Shown here piece by piece: positions 1 through 7,085 of a DNA stretch of 36,450 nucleotides. The notes under the pieces are model-generated. The model saw nothing but the letters and a program-made list of their open reading frames with translations, was not told the origin of the DNA and did no database searches. This DNA is from a virus, in IMG/VR virus record IMGVR_UViG_3300017613_000412. One strand, 5' to 3'. A program made the position numbers and the translations under genes. Positions within the stretch are counted from its first letter, which is position 1; each line of letters opens with the position of its first letter.

Positions 1-121
1 TCCGCCAAATAAGAACGCTTCGTTGAATTTATTGAAACGATGTGTAGGATCAACAAAATTAGCAATCTGACGGCGTAGATTTGATAATATCATAGTCTTG
101 CCATATTTTATGTAAAAGTAA
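1..121. repeat. Left copy of a 121-bp exact direct terminal repeat, identical to 36330..36450. Either a circular-assembly overlap or a true DTR.
   Basis: Read directly: 1..121 is repeated verbatim at the window end. Positions 1..93 (minus) duplicate the first 31 codons of the portal ORF. Confidence 0.95.
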
Positions 122-129
122 TAAATTTA
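112..129 (-). promoter_or_regulatory. Recurrent late-gene motif variant (plus-strand gtaaaagtaataaattta; minus-strand TTACTTTTAC) upstream of portal
   Basis: Lies between the terminase stop (132) and the portal ATG (93, equivalent to 36422). Resembles the Bacteroidota -7 box TAnnTTTG. It is intact only in the left copy because it crosses the repeat boundary at 121. Confidence 0.35.
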
Positions 130-131
130 TA

Positions 132-1289
132 TTAAAATGTAAATACATCATGTTTACCGCTTAATGATTCCATTTCATGATACCTAATACCATCAATTAA
201 ATGATTAAAAGTATCAATAGGTTTATTAAGTGTCTTTCCTTGTTTGTCTTTATCCCATGAGTAATTGCGTAACTCTTTTATTAAGTTAGTACTCTCTTTA
301 GTAACCAAATAATCCTGCCTTTGCATTGTATCAATACCATAGACTATTGAATCTCTGCCTTTTGATGCTCCTACAATGTTAATACCTTTACGTCTTATCT
401 CTTCTATTGATTTAGGCTCTGCACTATCAGCATAAACTATAACATCGTTAGGTAACACGTTGCTTATATCATCATTAACCATTCCTGTTCTGTAACATAT
501 CTCATTTAAGATACGTTTATCATTGTACTTGTAAACTTCACAAATAGCAGTTGGATCGTTAGTATATCCAAAGTCTAAACCTATTCCTATCAGTTTAGCT
601 TCTTCAGGTATCTTATCTATTATGTTATAATTACTGAATATAACACCCTCTAGGAAACCTATTTGACCAAGTCCGTAAACGTTCCACCAGTTTTCCCAGT
701 ATTTGCTTGTCTTTGCTTTCTCTCTTGCTTTCTCAATCTCTCTTACTATACTTTGATCTAAAGCCTCATTATCTTTGTATGTTAAGATAATAAAATCAGT
801 ATCAGGATCAGGCTTTAATTCTGTATGAGCGTAGAACTCAAATGTAGGATTATAATCTACCCATACCTCTTTAGATGTTCTTATTGCTAATTGATTGTAA
901 GCATCAAAAGGAATGTTGTTAGTTTCATTGATATAAAGAATATCACGTCTAGCACCTCTTAATCTATCTGGTTGATCAGCACTAAAGAACTCCATATAAG
1001 AGCCGTTATGTAGCGTGTATTGAAGTAAAGACTTATTCCATTTGTTAGAATCCCATCTACCCGTAGAGATTAAACCGTTTATAAAGTCTTTGATTGCACC
1101 ACGTCTTAAATGTGGTATTGATTCACTAACTACACTTATAACTGTATTAGGGTTGTTTACTGCCTTTGAGTAGAGTATTGGTAGTATGTTGTATGTCTTA
1201 CCTGCTGAAGTGCCACCCTGAACAACCTTAACACGTTTCTTTAGTTTGGCTAATTTCTGTAATGCCGTTGTATCTACAAACTTATTCAA
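132..1289 (-). CDS. terL: Terminase large subunit (PBSX/Terminase_3-like)
   Basis: Walker A QGGTSAGKT near the N-terminus. C-terminal nuclease-like region GLDFGYTNDPTA...YADSAEP...DGIRY. TTG start overlaps the upstream stop. Located next to portal in the circular map. Confidence 0.85.
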   Translation of the reverse strand: MNKFVDTTALQKLAKLKKRVKVVQGGTSAGKTYNILPILYSKAVNNPNTVISVVSESIPHLRRGAIKDFINGLISTGRWDSNKWNKSLLQYTLHNGSYMEFFSADQPDRLRGARRDILYINETNNIPFDAYNQLAIRTSKEVWVDYNPTFEFYAHTELKPDPDTDFIILTYKDNEALDQSIVREIEKAREKAKTSKYWENWWNVYGLGQIGFLEGVIFSNYNIIDKIPEEAKLIGIGLDFGYTNDPTAICEVYKYNDKRILNEICYRTGMVNDDISNVLPNDVIVYADSAEPKSIEEIRRKGINIVGASKGRDSIVYGIDTMQRQDYLVTKESTNLIKELRNYSWDKDKQGKTLNKPIDTFNHLIDGIRYHEMESLSGKHDVFTF

Positions 1290-1530
1290 CTTGTATAATA
1301 GGAGTTTCTTCTATCTGTGTAACCTCTAGCTTTTCTTTAGGTCTGCCATACATATATTCAAACCACATCTTTACAGCCCAATTATTGCCATCGTCTAAAC
1401 CATCTTCTAATGCTTTATAGGCTTTAGCAGCTAAAGGAGTAAGTTTCTCTATTAGCTTTTGTTCATCGGCTTTACCTGGTCTTCCAGCTCCTGATCTTAC
1501 ACCACCGTTATTTTTTCTACCGTCTGCCAT
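1282..1530 (-). CDS. Putative terminase small subunit
   Basis: Sits immediately upstream of and overlapping terL. Small protein with a GGVRSGAGRPGK motif. ATG at 1530 is preferred over the track's TTG at 1554 because a TAACTTTG box sits at 1561..1568. Confidence 0.5.
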   Translation of the reverse strand: MADGRKNNGGVRSGAGRPGKADEQKLIEKLTPLAAKAYKALEDGLDDGNNWAVKMWFEYMYGRPKEKLEVTQIEETPIIQVE

Positions 1531-1560
1531 AATTGATAAAGATTGTTTATTCAATCAATA

Positions 1561-1575
1561 CAAAGTTAATAAAAA
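1561..1575 (-). promoter_or_regulatory. Candidate Bacteroidota-type -7 box (minus-strand TATTAACTTTG) upstream of the packaging genes
   Basis: Exact TAnnTTTG match (TAACTTTG) on the minus strand, about 30 nt upstream of the ATG at 1530. Confidence 0.4.
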
Positions 1576-1576
1576 A

Positions 1577-1795
1577 CTACAAACACTTTAAAAGCAATCT
1601 AATTAACTTCTTTATTTGCTTTCTGTTTAGTTGAATATATCCATCGGGACTTGATTCTAATGTTAATTGTACTGTGTGATCATCACCACCATAAAAACTA
1701 GTTACGTGTAAACTACAATCACTATAACACTTATCATCGTTATATCTATTTATTAATTCGTGTCTACCTTTTATTTTACCTAATTCTGTACTCAT
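1577..1795 (-). CDS. Hypothetical protein (72 aa from ATG)
   Basis: ORF in the track. The ATG at 1795 follows a terminator hairpin, and the track's TTG at 1819 lies inside that hairpin. Confidence 0.5.
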   Translation of the reverse strand: MSTELGKIKGRHELINRYNDDKCYSDCSLHVTSFYGGDDHTVQLTLESSPDGYIQLNRKQIKKLIRLLLKCL

Positions 1796-1808
1796 AATAT
1801 TTATTTTT

Positions 1809-1838
1809 AAAAAAGTCAAGAACCATAAAACTTGACTT
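1809..1838 (-). terminator. Intrinsic terminator at the early/late boundary
   Basis: Perfect 8-bp stem aagtcaag (1813..1820) / cttgactt (1831..1838) with a 10-nt loop. On the minus strand it is followed by a run of T. Confidence 0.6.
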
Positions 1839-1945
1839 AACTAACCCAACTAAAACAATGAAAACGTGTATGGTTTTTATAAGAGAGATTATCAGAATCC
1901 TTTCAACCGTTAATATTCGTTTTACTCTCTCTTTGCTATTAATCA

Positions 1946-2266
1946 TTAAATTACTATTAGAGGTCTATAAGATACTACTTCAGAAATCCTATTATTTTCA
2001 TCGTATTGTGATACTCCTAGATATGAAATTCGTTTTTTATGTATTAGCGTGTTTATTGTTTCAGATGCATAAAAAATATCATCTGCTATTATATTTATTT
2101 CAAATCCTGTTAGCACCCCTGATTCATATTCCTCAAACGGTGTATTAATTAAGTGATAAGTGAATATCTCATCATCACAAACCTGAAATAATACCTCTCT
2201 ATCTAATTCATCTTTTAAGAATCCTTTTAATTCTTCTAATGTTACATCTAGTATTTTGCTTTCCAT
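1946..2266 (-). CDS. Hypothetical protein (106 aa, acidic)
   Basis: ATG-initiated ORF in the track; no recognisable motif. Confidence 0.6.
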   Translation of the reverse strand: MESKILDVTLEELKGFLKDELDREVLFQVCDDEIFTYHLINTPFEEYESGVLTGFEINIIADDIFYASETINTLIHKKRISYLGVSQYDENNRISEVVSYRPLIVI

Positions 2267-2284
2267 TGTTATATTATTTAATTG

Positions 2285-2533
2285 TTACAATTTCTCTATT
2301 TCTTGTTTAACTCCTTCCCAATATTTTCTATTATTTTTAGGTGTTGTATTTAACTCCCAATATAATACAGTTAATTCTAAAATCTCATCTACACATATTA
2401 AAGAACATTGTTTGGCGTGTGGTCTATCAACATATCCACATACACAAACATCACAAGTACTTTCATTACCACAACTACAAGGTAAATCTATATTTTCAAA
2501 CTTATCTACTAACTCTTTTGCTTTTTGTTTCAT
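2285..2533 (-). CDS. Hypothetical Cys-rich protein; paralog of 2757..2969
   Basis: Shares the N-terminus MKxKAKELVxxF, the internal KQCxLIC and the C-terminus KQEIEKL with the neighbouring ORF. Confidence 0.65.
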   Translation of the reverse strand: MKQKAKELVDKFENIDLPCSCGNESTCDVCVCGYVDRPHAKQCSLICVDEILELTVLYWELNTTPKNNRKYWEGVKQEIEKL

Positions 2534-2760
2534 TGTTTTAATAGTTTTTGTTTAAGCCATCTTGCGCCATCACGATATATTTCTGACGGTATTACACCTC
2601 GTTTTTCATAACTTTTTTGCACAATTATCTTATCAGTAATTGCCTCAACCTTTGCTTTGTGGTAGGCTTCTGCAAATGCTATTTTTTCATTCTCTAATTT
2701 TGTTAAATGAGGCATTTTTAATAAACCGTTTTCTGTTCTATAATATTCTTCTGCTTTCAT
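2530..2760 (-). CDS. Hypothetical protein (76 aa)
   Basis: ATG ORF with 4-nt overlaps (ATGA type) on both sides. Confidence 0.55.
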   Translation of the reverse strand: MKAEEYYRTENGLLKMPHLTKLENEKIAFAEAYHKAKVEAITDKIIVQKSYEKRGVIPSEIYRDGARWLKQKLLKQ

Positions 2761-2969
2761 AACTTCTCTATTTCTTGTTTTTCCCTTGATAAATCCTTTA
2801 GTATAAAGATATAATTATCATTGTCTAATTGATGGGATATACTATGAATTAATTCTTTCTTTTCTTTATTACATATTAAAGCACATTGTTTCATTTCTTC
2901 TAAATCTGAAAAATAAACATCTGTTTCATTTAAAAATCTCTCTACTAACTCTTTTGCTTTGTCTTTCAT
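2757..2969 (-). CDS. Hypothetical protein; paralog of 2285..2533
   Basis: Start is MKDKAKELVERF at the ATG at 2969 (the track's longer start at 3005 is non-ATG). Ends in KQEIEKL. Confidence 0.6.
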   Translation of the reverse strand: MKDKAKELVERFLNETDVYFSDLEEMKQCALICNKEKKELIHSISHQLDNDNYIFILKDLSREKQEIEKL

Positions 2970-2982
2970 TGTTCTAATTGTT

Positions 2983-3174
2983 TTAACGCCATAAATTAGC
3001 GACATTATTTTTTTGTTGTTTTTTAGAATGTTTAGAAACTTTATTTCTATGCTTCATACTTTTTAAACATTCTCGTCTATCTTGATAAATTTTACAACCA
3101 CTTATTTTATTATGTCTATCATAGTGTTCGCATTTATCTCCTATACCACATCTTTTACTTATCTCTGCTTTCAT
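2983..3174 (-). CDS. Small basic Cys-containing protein (63 aa)
   Basis: ATG ORF with a lysine-rich C-terminus. Confidence 0.5.
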   Translation of the reverse strand: MKAEISKRCGIGDKCEHYDRHNKISGCKIYQDRRECLKSMKHRNKVSKHSKKQQKNNVANLWR

Positions 3175-3338
3175 ATCTCTTTAATTTTATAAATGTATTC
3201 GTATTTTGCTTTCCATCCATCGGGATAGGTTATTTCGTAATCTTCTTGTATATCTCTAATTAACTTAACTCGACGTTTTAGATCAGCTTCTGTTGTAAAG
3301 AGTAGTACCTGGTTATCTGTTTTTAGTTTGTATTTCAA
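3171..3338 (-). CDS. Small ORF (55 aa) absent from the track
   Basis: Hand translation gives (M)KYKLKTDNQVLLFTTEADLKRRVKLIRDIQEDYEITYPDGWKAKYEYIYKIKEI. The TTG start lies inside the TTTTGA stop context of the upstream gene, and its stop overlaps the next ATG (ATGA). It fills an otherwise empty gap exactly. Confidence 0.45.
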   Translation of the reverse strand: MKYKLKTDNQVLLFTTEADLKRRVKLIRDIQEDYEITYPDGWKAKYEYIYKIKEI

Positions 3339-4474
3339 AATATTGATATTTGATTTTGTGCTACTTCTTTATAAGCATCAGCATTAAACATAATTACATC
3401 GCTGCTATCTAAACTTTTAATACCTGTATATTTATAACTATAACTTGGACGAAACATAATTTTTCTTCCACTATTATCTTGTCCCGGTGTTTTTAAATGT
3501 CCAGCAGTTTGTGACCAATTACTATCTCTATCAAGTGCAATTCCTAAAGCTGGATTCATAGTTCTAATAAACATTTGATGTTTTTCTTTCCAATATAAAG
3601 CACTAATATAATTAACTATTTCTTTTCCTAATCCTAATCCTTGAAAATCAGGTAAAACGACAATTCTGCTTATGCGTCTTGTTTTCGTATCGCCTACGCC
3701 TGGAAATGGCAATATTCCTACAAAAGCTATTGGTTTATCACTCCATAAAAAAACATAACATTGAGCTGCTTTGTTTAAATCTTCTGTTAAATAATGATGT
3801 TGTTTGAATATATTCCAAGTTTCATATCTACATCGAAATATCTGTAATTGAATTTTTGGTCTTTGCCTTCGACTTGACGCTCTTTCAAGACGCCCTTTTA
3901 ATGGTGAATAAATCCAATCTGGCAATAACCATTCCATAATATCAAAATGACAAGACGCAAGTATTATTTTTTTATTTGTTCTTCTTATGTATTTTTGTAA
4001 TGCGTTACTCATCGCTTTCGCTACATCTCTATCAACTACACTTGTAAACTCATCAATCAATATAACATCATTTTCAGACGCTTTGCCAACTTTATAAGCT
4101 AAAGATGCTCTATATTGTTCACCATTACTTAAAAGTGCGTAAGGTCGCAACCAAGTGGGTACAGACGCTAATCCCATAGCAGATAATAAAAACGTGGCTT
4201 CTTTAGGCTCTAACCAATCAAAATTACTTATTAATGGTTTTTCTAAATCAAATACATCTTTAGTTAAGTTGCCAAATTCTTTTAATAAAGTTGTTTTACC
4301 AGTTCCAGAGCCACCGTAAATAACACCAATATTCCAATCAAATGTTTTACATTCGCTAAAGTTGATTGGTATTTTAACAGAAGTTTCTTCTTTGTTTTGA
4401 ATATCAAATGCTTCATACACATATTCAGTATATTTATCATTAATTATTTTATTTTTTCGCTCTATGTATTTCAT
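3335..4474 (-). CDS. ABC-type ATPase fused to a C-terminal GNAT acetyltransferase domain
   Basis: Walker A GGSGTGKTT, ABC signature LSNGEQ, Walker B VILIDEFTSVVD, H-loop ASCHFD. The C-terminal GNAT motif A is RIVVLPDFQGLGLGKE. Confidence 0.7.
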   Translation of the reverse strand: MKYIERKNKIINDKYTEYVYEAFDIQNKEETSVKIPINFSECKTFDWNIGVIYGGSGTGKTTLLKEFGNLTKDVFDLEKPLISNFDWLEPKEATFLLSAMGLASVPTWLRPYALLSNGEQYRASLAYKVGKASENDVILIDEFTSVVDRDVAKAMSNALQKYIRRTNKKIILASCHFDIMEWLLPDWIYSPLKGRLERASSRRQRPKIQLQIFRCRYETWNIFKQHHYLTEDLNKAAQCYVFLWSDKPIAFVGILPFPGVGDTKTRRISRIVVLPDFQGLGLGKEIVNYISALYWKEKHQMFIRTMNPALGIALDRDSNWSQTAGHLKTPGQDNSGRKIMFRPSYSYKYTGIKSLDSSDVIMFNADAYKEVAQNQISIF

Positions 4475-4829
4475 CGTTTAGTTCTTGTAGTAGTAATTCC
4501 TTTTCAAATTTAAACAATTTACTCGTGGTATTAGCTTTTATTCTTAATAAATTCATAAACTCTTCACCTTTTTTATAGTATAACCATTCTGTAAATTCTA
4601 CTGGAGTTTTATGAGCTGAAAACTTACTACTGAAAACATGATGAGCCACACATAAACAAACTCCATTTTTAACGTGCCACCTTGTACTCTTTTTGGATCG
4701 ACTGTAAATATGATGACTGTTTAGTGTTGTTGTCTTACCACAATATTCGCATTTCATTCCTGCTCGTATCTTTACAAGTTTGCTCCAGGCTTCATCTAAT
4801 TTGCCTTCTATACCTTTTCTACGCTTCAT
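4449..4829 (-). CDS. HNH / His-Me finger nuclease, NinG (Rap)-like
   Basis: CEYCG...NSHHIYSRS...RWHVKNGVCLCVAHH matches the CxxC + HH...N...CxxxHH pattern of NinG-like HNH proteins. Confidence 0.6.
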   Translation of the reverse strand: MKRRKGIEGKLDEAWSKLVKIRAGMKCEYCGKTTTLNSHHIYSRSKKSTRWHVKNGVCLCVAHHVFSSKFSAHKTPVEFTEWLYYKKGEEFMNLLRIKANTTSKLFKFEKELLLQELNDEIHRAKK

Positions 4830-5028
4830 CTATGTATTTTTTTATTGGTTTATTAAGCCATTCAACAATATTTAAAAACATTGATACTTTCATATCTTTT
4901 GATTTATAAAGATTGCAAACAGTAAAACGTGAAACTCCCAAATAATCTGCTAAATTCTGCTGCGTGTATTTAGTCCTATTCATTGTTTTTAATACGTCTG
5001 TATGTAAAAGATTTGTTTTTAGTTTCAT
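4819..5028 (-). CDS. Small helix-turn-helix DNA-binding protein
   Basis: YTQQNLADYLGVSRFTVCNLYK is a typical XRE-like HTH segment. Confidence 0.6.
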   Translation of the reverse strand: MKLKTNLLHTDVLKTMNRTKYTQQNLADYLGVSRFTVCNLYKSKDMKVSMFLNIVEWLNKPIKKYIDEA

Positions 5029-5675
5029 GCTAATAATATTTCTTTACAAAGTTCATAAGGTATTTTAGAACGTTCATAATTATTCTTTAATCCTTGTGTG
5101 CCTGTCTTTGATCCTCTTGGTGCTGGTTCATGATGACAATTAGGATTTCCATTATAGCATTCTGGTCTTGGTTGCCATCCATCTGGATTAAATATAGAAT
5201 AAATATTATTACTCCATATATCCGTAGGTTTCGCTCTTGTATCACCATATTGACAATACCATACAGTTGTTTTTGGTATTCCTAACATAAAAGGCATCTT
5301 TCTTAAATAACCTCTAGGATTCTCTATATACCATTTAAAGTTAGGATTGATTTTTAATATATCTTTATAAAGTTTTAATACATTTAATACAACCCTATCA
5401 CTCTTTTCTGCAAAATTAGTCTTTGGTTTTCCGTTATCTCTATGAGTTGAAATAGCTGCTATTGAGTAAGTAGTACACATTGGAGAACCCCACCCAAAAT
5501 CAGGAATAAAAGGAATATCATCTACTGTTAAGAACTCAATATCTTTAACTAAATCAATTTTATCAAAAGGTTTTACATCAACTGAAAAAACCTCATACCC
5601 TAATTCATCACATACTTTTCCTATTGATCTACTACCCGCAAATAATTCTAATACTTTCTTTTTATTTTTTTCCAT
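5025..5675 (-). CDS. Short DNA (cytosine-5)-methyltransferase
   Basis: Motif I VLELFAGSRS, motif IV GSPMCTTYS (a PC-motif variant), motif VI ENPRGY. ATG at 5675 (MEKNKKK). Confidence 0.65.
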   Translation of the reverse strand: MEKNKKKVLELFAGSRSIGKVCDELGYEVFSVDVKPFDKIDLVKDIEFLTVDDIPFIPDFGWGSPMCTTYSIAAISTHRDNGKPKTNFAEKSDRVVLNVLKLYKDILKINPNFKWYIENPRGYLRKMPFMLGIPKTTVWYCQYGDTRAKPTDIWSNNIYSIFNPDGWQPRPECYNGNPNCHHEPAPRGSKTGTQGLKNNYERSKIPYELCKEILLA

Positions 5676-5763
5676 TGCCAAATAAATTTTGTAACACCAC
5701 ATCCCATACAACTATACCTAAAATATCTTTTCCCTACTAATACGTAATCATGTTTACATTCTT

Positions 5764-6360
5764 TCACAATAAATCTTTTAAGTGTTTTCCTTTTACCTCT
5801 AATCGTTCAAAATATTTTCTTAATAAATAACGCATTGCTAGTTGTTCAGGTTCTGATGCTTTTTGCTCTACTGCATTGTTGTAAGCACTCCACTTAACTT
5901 TATGACTGTCATTTATGAGTTCTCTTTGTTCAAGAAATAGATAAACCCATGATGACCGTCTATCTACTTTGCGATTGCTTAAAAAGTAATCATAATGATT
6001 AATAGCATCCAGCTCATCTTGTCTTATTTTATCGTACAATTTAGCCTCTGGTTTACTTCTTTTTTCTGATTTATACGATTGGTATATCTGACCTACTAAA
6101 GCACGATCTAAATATCCTGAAACAGGTTTAACTGACAGTTGACCATCAACATACATTTCAAACATTTTCTTTATGTCTAAAAATCCTAACGACCAGCAAT
6201 GTTTTTTAATACCTTTAAGAGCTTCGTTTAGTTGTATCTCTTTTTCTGCTTTGATTGAGAGCAGAACAGATAACCAGGCTTTTACTTGTGTTTCCAATAA
6301 AGTATCTATTTCAGGAATAGCTTTTATTGGAGTATTTTCATGTTTAATTACTAATTCCAT
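5764..6360 (-). CDS. Hypothetical protein (198 aa)
   Basis: ATG ORF in the early region; no recognised motif. Confidence 0.6.
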   Translation of the reverse strand: MELVIKHENTPIKAIPEIDTLLETQVKAWLSVLLSIKAEKEIQLNEALKGIKKHCWSLGFLDIKKMFEMYVDGQLSVKPVSGYLDRALVGQIYQSYKSEKRSKPEAKLYDKIRQDELDAINHYDYFLSNRKVDRRSSWVYLFLEQRELINDSHKVKWSAYNNAVEQKASEPEQLAMRYLLRKYFERLEVKGKHLKDLL

Positions 6361-6967
6361 AATCTTTTTTCATTTTATCTATTAACAATCCACTTTCTTT
6401 TTTAGCCGAACTTTTTTCTTTTTCAAACCGTTTTTGATTTTTAAGCCAAGTTGCTAATCTTCTTGAAATATCAAAAGGCTGGTTTTTTGCATATTCAAAA
6501 CGCATCTTTTTTCCTTTTTCGTTGTGTTCTGTCCAGTAATCGTAAAATTCATTTCTTAACCCAACTTCATATTTTTCATAGAAAGGTGATAAGGATTTCA
6601 TAAAATCCGCCTTTCTTTTATTTATATCATTAACTATTACTTTATCTTTATCTTTATCTTTATCTTTATCGGCTTTTTTGGGTTTGCCAGAAAAGGCTTG
6701 GGTTATTTGGGTTTTAGGTCTGCCACCTTTTAAACCGTTAACACGTTGTTTTTCAATGAATTGATTATATTTAACTAAATCCCTTTTTAACGTTCTTTTA
6801 ATAGGTTCAAACACTATTTTAGTTAATCTATCAGGTGCTTCTGGATTAAGATCATTGATATATTCTAAATAATGCTTAAATAATATACCTGCTTCTTCAT
6901 TAGTCAATTCTTTAACTGTATGAATTATATCGCAATAAAGTAAAACTGATTTCTTATTTTCTGCCAT
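6344..6967 (-). CDS. Conserved phage protein with an NGLKGGRPK motif and a (DK)5 linker; possibly DNA-binding or replication-associated
   Basis: N-terminal LTNEEAGILFKHYLEY...NGLKGGRPK. Sits next to the DnaA-like gene. The function assignment is weak. Confidence 0.35.
   Translation of the reverse strand: MAENKKSVLLYCDIIHTVKELTNEEAGILFKHYLEYINDLNPEAPDRLTKIVFEPIKRTLKRDLVKYNQFIEKQRVNGLKGGRPKTQITQAFSGKPKKADKDKDKDKDKVIVNDINKRKADFMKSLSPFYEKYEVGLRNEFYDYWTEHNEKGKKMRFEYAKNQPFDISRRLATWLKNQKRFEKEKSSAKKESGLLIDKMKKDYGISN
6641..6670. repeat. Perfect hexanucleotide tandem repeat (tttatc)x5, encoding (DK)5 on the minus strand
   Basis: Read directly from the sequence. Confidence 0.95.
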
Positions 6968-6975
6968 AATTCTAT

Positions 6976-7023
6976 AAAAAAACCCTAAAGGTTCATCTCC
7001 GCACAGAATCCCCTTTAAGGTTT
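6976..7023 (-). terminator. Long hairpin and T-run in the 118-nt intergenic region
   Basis: aaaccctaaagg (6980..6991) pairs with cctttaaggttt (7012..7023): 12 bp, 1 mismatch, 20-nt loop. On the minus strand it is followed by TTTT. Confidence 0.45.
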
Positions 7024-7085
7024 AAACTAAATTTATAAGTATCTAATGAGTGCGGTCATAACAATCGCTAATATAGTAAAAATAT

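Noticed and set aside
1776-1946. 56-aa minus-strand ORF (MINSKERVKRILTVERILIISLIK...) bridging the 1820..1945 gap
   Set aside because: It reads straight through the perfect 8-bp terminator hairpin (1813..1838) and overlaps the next gene by 20 nt. The gap is more likely a genuine untranslated boundary between the early and packaging units.
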